This document shows positions 35,933-39,428 of a stretch of DNA of 39,428 bases, one piece after another. This DNA comes from a virus. Taxonomy: Duplodnaviria > Caudoviricetes. How positions within the stretch are numbered: the stretch's first letter is position 1; every line of letters begins with the position of its first letter. Location of the stretch: positions 1 through 39,428 of the IMG/VR virus record IMGVR_UViG_3300037047_000288; one strand, given 5' to 3'. A program made the position numbers and the translations under genes. Under the pieces are notes generated by a model. The model was not told the DNA's origin, did no database searches, and was given only the letters and a program-made list of their open reading frames with translations.

Positions 35933-36178
35933 TTAACCGACCTCCTTGCCGGCCCTATTTCTCTCAACATACCTCTGCAGATCGTCCGCTGAGACACGAA
36001 TCCGGCTCCTGATCCGGATGTGCGGAATTTCCCCCTTGCGAATCATTTCGCGGACTACTGTTTGGCCAAGGCCGAGATAGGCGCAGACCTCGGGGATTGA
36101 CAGCAGCGGGGGAAGATGATTGGTACACTGCAACTCGGTGGCCTCGTCAACGGCATAGCAGTCTCTGTCTTCTGGCAT
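35933..36178 (-). CDS. Excisionase-like HTH DNA-binding protein
   Basis: LLSIPEVCAYLGLGQTVVREMIRKGEIPHIRI..RIRV. Confidence 0.8.
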   Translation of the reverse strand: MPEDRDCYAVDEATELQCTNHLPPLLSIPEVCAYLGLGQTVVREMIRKGEIPHIRIRSRIRVSADDLQRYVERNRAGKEVG

Positions 36179-36238
36179 GGGACTCCCTCCTCTCTAATCC
36201 ACAGCACGGAGATTGTTCGCACACTAATACCAACAGAA

Positions 36239-36490
36239 TTAGCTGGCGGATGTGGTTTTCTTTAAAGTTTCCAATACGGTAATTTTTTCTTCAAAAAAAA
36301 GCTCATCCGGATTAATTTCATAAAGAGCCGCAAGTGTAAAAATGTGCTCAGCATTCGGTTTGCATCGGCCAGTTTCAATATAATGGTAGCCCAAAGCACT
36401 TTTATACCCTAACTTCTTTGATATTTCTTCTTGACTGAATCCTGTCTGTTCACGCAGTTTTTTAAGTTTAATTAAATTTAGCTTCTTCAA
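36239..36490 (-). CDS. Cro-like XRE regulator
   Basis: LKKLREQTGFSQEEISKKLGY...IETG; TTG after GGAGG; divergent from the repressor. Confidence 0.85.
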   Translation of the reverse strand: MKKLNLIKLKKLREQTGFSQEEISKKLGYKSALGYHYIETGRCKPNAEHIFTLAALYEINPDELFFEEKITVLETLKKTTSAS

Positions 36491-36507
36491 TGTATATCGC
36501 CTCCAAA

Positions 36508-36638
36508 TTACCATATCGGTAACCGTTAATCATAGTATATATTACCGCTATGGTAATGTCAATAATATATTTACCTTATCGGTAATTATATTTTTTTTCT
36601 TGTTTAGTTGTGATATTCTGTAATTACCAAATTGGGAA
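36508..36638. promoter_or_regulatory. Repressor operators TTACC-N5-GGTAA
   Basis: Perfect copies at 36508-22, 36542-56 and 36571-85; 1-mismatch copies at 36624-38 and 36268-82. Confidence 0.85.
36534..36562 (-). promoter_or_regulatory. Early lytic sigmaA promoter
   Basis: TTGACA-17 bp-TATACT with an operator filling the spacer. Confidence 0.85.
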
Positions 36639-36644
36639 TTTAGG

Positions 36645-37097
36645 TTGGTGGATCAAATGTCAGTAGGGAAAAGATTAATACTACTTCGCGAAAAGAAAAA
36701 GTTAAAACAAAATGAAGCTGCCAAGGTTTTGGGTATTAGTAACGTTGTATTAAATAGATATGAGAACGATGAACGCACACCAGATAAAGACATGCTAAAA
36801 ACTCTTGCCAATTTTTACAACAGCACTACTGATTACATTCTCGGTCGCACTGATACCCAGGATCCTACTAGCTTTTATGAAAATGAATTAAATTACAAAA
36901 ATAATAATGACGCAATATTTATGACCAAAGAAGCTCTCACCGACGATCCCGAACTAGCATCTTTTTGGAATGAAATGCTCCGTCGCGACGACCTCCAGAT
37001 CATGCTGAAGCAGGTCAAAGACCTCTCTCCCGAGGCCATACGCCGTATCATCAAATACATTAAAATGGTTGAAGACGAAGAGTCGCAGGAAAGCTAA
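36645..37097 (+). CDS. CI/ImmR-like repressor
   Basis: XRE HTH LREKKKLKQNEAAKVLGIS..RYEN..TDYILGRT; probable start MSVGK at 36657. Confidence 0.9.
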   Translation: MVDQMSVGKRLILLREKKKLKQNEAAKVLGISNVVLNRYENDERTPDKDMLKTLANFYNSTTDYILGRTDTQDPTSFYENELNYKNNNDAIFMTKEALTDDPELASFWNEMLRRDDLQIMLKQVKDLSPEAIRRIIKYIKMVEDEESQES

Positions 37098-37130
37098 AAA
37101 CCCGCCAGAACGGCGGGTTTCGTACTTTTT
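37098..37130 (+). terminator. Terminator-like hairpin after the repressor
   Basis: AAACCCGCC-AGAAC-GGCGGGTTT followed by CGTACTTTTT. Confidence 0.6.
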
Positions 37131-37174
37131 AAAACACTCGACAAATTTATACAATTATAGACAGGGGCGCGGCC

Positions 37175-37462
37175 ATGGAGAGAGAGATCAGACGATTAGT
37201 AAACAGCGGGCTGCTAATGTACCACATAGTGCCCATTGGACAGGGGATAAGCGGGTTTGTATATCAATCAAGGAAAGGCAGATATCATGTTTTTATTTGC
37301 AGTTCTCTTTCCCCGCAGGCGCAAAAACGTGTGTTCTTCCACGAGGCTTGGCATATCATCCGGGACATGCCCCGGCAATTATTTATTGTCGGGATTGATA
37401 TGCAGAATGAAGTGTTTGAAATTGATGCAGAGAGGTTTGCATCGGCGATGTGTCATGAATAA
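37175..37462 (+). CDS. ImmA/IrrE-family metallopeptidase (anti-repressor)
   Basis: FFHEAWH (HExxH) and E.DAERFA motifs; directly after the repressor. Confidence 0.85.
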   Translation: MEREIRRLVNSGLLMYHIVPIGQGISGFVYQSRKGRYHVFICSSLSPQAQKRVFFHEAWHIIRDMPRQLFIVGIDMQNEVFEIDAERFASAMCHE

Positions 37463-37477
37463 AAAGGGAGGTGCCTT

Positions 37478-38473
37478 ATGTTTAGTAGGATCAAAAATGT
37501 TTTAAAGTTTGTTGCCCTTGGATTTTTGGGTCTTTTTATATTTCTGCTTGTTCTTGGATCAATAATTAATAAAAACGAAGCGAATAAGAAGTTCCCCGAG
37601 TTGGCTGCCCAAGGTATCGCATTTTTTGAAGAAGGTAAATATGAAGACGCAGTTACCGTTCTTTCGGAAGCTCTGACTTATAAAAAAGACGATGAACTGA
37701 AAGGGAAATTAGATCAAGCTAAAGCACTTATCAGTTCCGCCCAGGCTTTTGAGGAAGGAATGGCTGCCTTTAACGAAAATAACTTATCTCTAGCGAAAAT
37801 GAATTTCGGCAAAGTTATTCCCACAGATGTAGAGAACTATTCAAATGCTCAAGAACGGCTTGTGGAAATACCCGCGCTTATCGCTAATGACTGCTTGGCC
37901 AAAGCAAAGGAGCTCTATACCCAAAAAGAATACATAAAGGCATTCGACGAACTAAATAACGCCCTAAAACATAATCTTGACCTTTCAGAAGCCTCAACCT
38001 TGTTGCCTACTTACGAAAAGCAAAAAAATGCCCAAGAAGAACAGGAGAAGAAAGCGGCTGCCGCCCAGGAGAAACAAGCGGCCATTGAGGCGATGAAAAA
38101 ATATGAATCTGGTACCGGCCCTATAGCAATCGCCGCCGAAGTTAAAATTACCGAAACCTTTAATGATGGGTACACCACCTATTACTCAAAAGATAAAAAG
38201 AGTTGGTATGTGAGAATTCATGTCAGTGCCGCTAATAATGGAAACCGCACCGAGCATGTGAATCCTCATCATTTCACCCTTATTACCCCTGGCGGATACA
38301 CGATAAATGTGGACGACAACACATATTCACTTTCAAATTATTTCGACGCGACAGATTTACAGCCTAATACATATACCAGCGGTTGGTTAGTGTTTTTTGC
38401 TCCAAAAGCTGATTACTACAGACTTCAATTTGAAAGCATGACAAGTAAAGTAAGTAAAAAGATTATTTATTAA
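37478..38473 (+). CDS. Membrane-anchored TPR + DUF4352-like protein
   Basis: N-terminal TM, TPR-like helices and C-terminal N.G..HVNPHHFTL..DLQPN..SGWLVF. Confidence 0.7.
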   Translation: MFSRIKNVLKFVALGFLGLFIFLLVLGSIINKNEANKKFPELAAQGIAFFEEGKYEDAVTVLSEALTYKKDDELKGKLDQAKALISSAQAFEEGMAAFNENNLSLAKMNFGKVIPTDVENYSNAQERLVEIPALIANDCLAKAKELYTQKEYIKAFDELNNALKHNLDLSEASTLLPTYEKQKNAQEEQEKKAAAAQEKQAAIEAMKKYESGTGPIAIAAEVKITETFNDGYTTYYSKDKKSWYVRIHVSAANNGNRTEHVNPHHFTLITPGGYTINVDDNTYSLSNYFDATDLQPNTYTSGWLVFFAPKADYYRLQFESMTSKVSKKIIY

Positions 38474-38546
38474 TGCTTTCCTTTTTACACCTATTCACGA
38501 TAGCGAAGTAACTTATTAGACAAGAAAATAATAGGGAGGTTTTAGC

Positions 38547-39428
38547 GTGAAAAAACACTTAGTTTTCTTTTCCTTGATAATTGTGTTTTTGTTAGCGTCA
38601 ACTACTTTGGCGGCAGGCATCAGTGTTTCTGTAAATGGAAACCCGCTTTCGTTTGATGTACCACCGAGGGTTGAAGGTGGCCGAACGCTGGTTCCATTGC
38701 GTGCAATTTTTGAGGCCCTGGGAGCGTCTGTACAGTTTGATAGTGTAACTCAGAAAATTACCGCCATAAAGAATGGAACAACTGTTATCCTTACCTTAAA
38801 TTCAACAGTTTCTTATATCAGTGGAAGGGCCGTTATCCTGGACATACCCGCTAAAACAGTACAAGGGCGGACAATGGTCCCCTTACGGTTTGTAAGCGAA
38901 GCTCTCGGCGCCTCTGTGGTTTGGGACGGCGCTGCCCAAAGGATCACCATAGTATCAGAACTCAAGCTTGGATCATCACGCAGTAATCCCGCGCCTTTAG
39001 GTACAACAGTAGAAATAGTTACTGAAAATATTTTTGAAAAAATTAAGACGCGGATTATAATAAGGGAAGTAATTCGTGGAGCGAGTGCATGGCAGCTAAT
39101 TCAAGAGGCAAATATGTTTAACGATGCACCACCTTCTGGATTTGAATATGTACTTGCTAGAATTAAGTTTGATTTAATTGACATCGGAGACACCGATGCC
39201 GCTTATAATCTATCGCAATATGATTTTAAAGCGGTTTCATCATCTGGCAAAGAATATAATTCTCCTTCTATGGTAACCCCTGATCCACAACTCAGTACCA
39301 ACTTATACAAAGGCAGTTCGCACGAAGGATGGGCAGCGTTTATGGTCGCAATTGATGATTCGGCACCTGTAATTACATTTGGTCGCGATTACCAAGGCCG
39401 TGGTGGTGCATGGTTTTCAATAAGATAA
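38547..39428 (+). CDS. Secreted protein with copper amine oxidase N-terminal (stalk) domain and DUF4352-like domain
   Basis: Signal peptide, GRTLVPLRAIFEALGA and GRTMVPLRFVSEALGA repeats, C-terminal LYKG..EGW..F.V. Confidence 0.8.
   Translation: MKKHLVFFSLIIVFLLASTTLAAGISVSVNGNPLSFDVPPRVEGGRTLVPLRAIFEALGASVQFDSVTQKITAIKNGTTVILTLNSTVSYISGRAVILDIPAKTVQGRTMVPLRFVSEALGASVVWDGAAQRITIVSELKLGSSRSNPAPLGTTVEIVTENIFEKIKTRIIIREVIRGASAWQLIQEANMFNDAPPSGFEYVLARIKFDLIDIGDTDAAYNLSQYDFKAVSSSGKEYNSPSMVTPDPQLSTNLYKGSSHEGWAAFMVAIDDSAPVITFGRDYQGRGGAWFSIR

Overview
The window is most of a temperate siphovirus-type prophage from a Firmicute (probably a Clostridia-type host, judged from strong GGAGG RBSs, an LQLFA scaffold motif and a stalk-domain surface protein). 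From right to left it holds: accessory surface genes; the immunity switch (ImmA-like protease, CI-like repressor, operators, Cro); small early genes and a tRNA-like element; a replication module (DUF2800 nuclease, DUF2815 SSB, family A DNA polymerase, PAPS-reductase-family enzyme, VapE primase/helicase, putative ori, VRR-NUC, SNF2 helicase); terminases, portal, head and tail genes. No integrase or lysis genes are visible, so they probably lie outside the window. The most striking feature is a 302-aa intein in the polymerase whose own frame has no endonuclease. Instead, a complete HNH homing-endonuclease gene with its own RBS is overprinted in the +1 frame inside the intein, and both frames stay open for about 215 codons. 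Other points of interest are a minor capsid protein with a JAB/MPN-like C-terminal domain and an unannotated coupled 48-aa ORF, an aberrant tRNA-like RNA, duplicated tail tube genes, a -1 frameshift site in the tail chaperone, and a decoration protein with two inserted repeats. All family assignments come from motif recognition by eye, not database searches.
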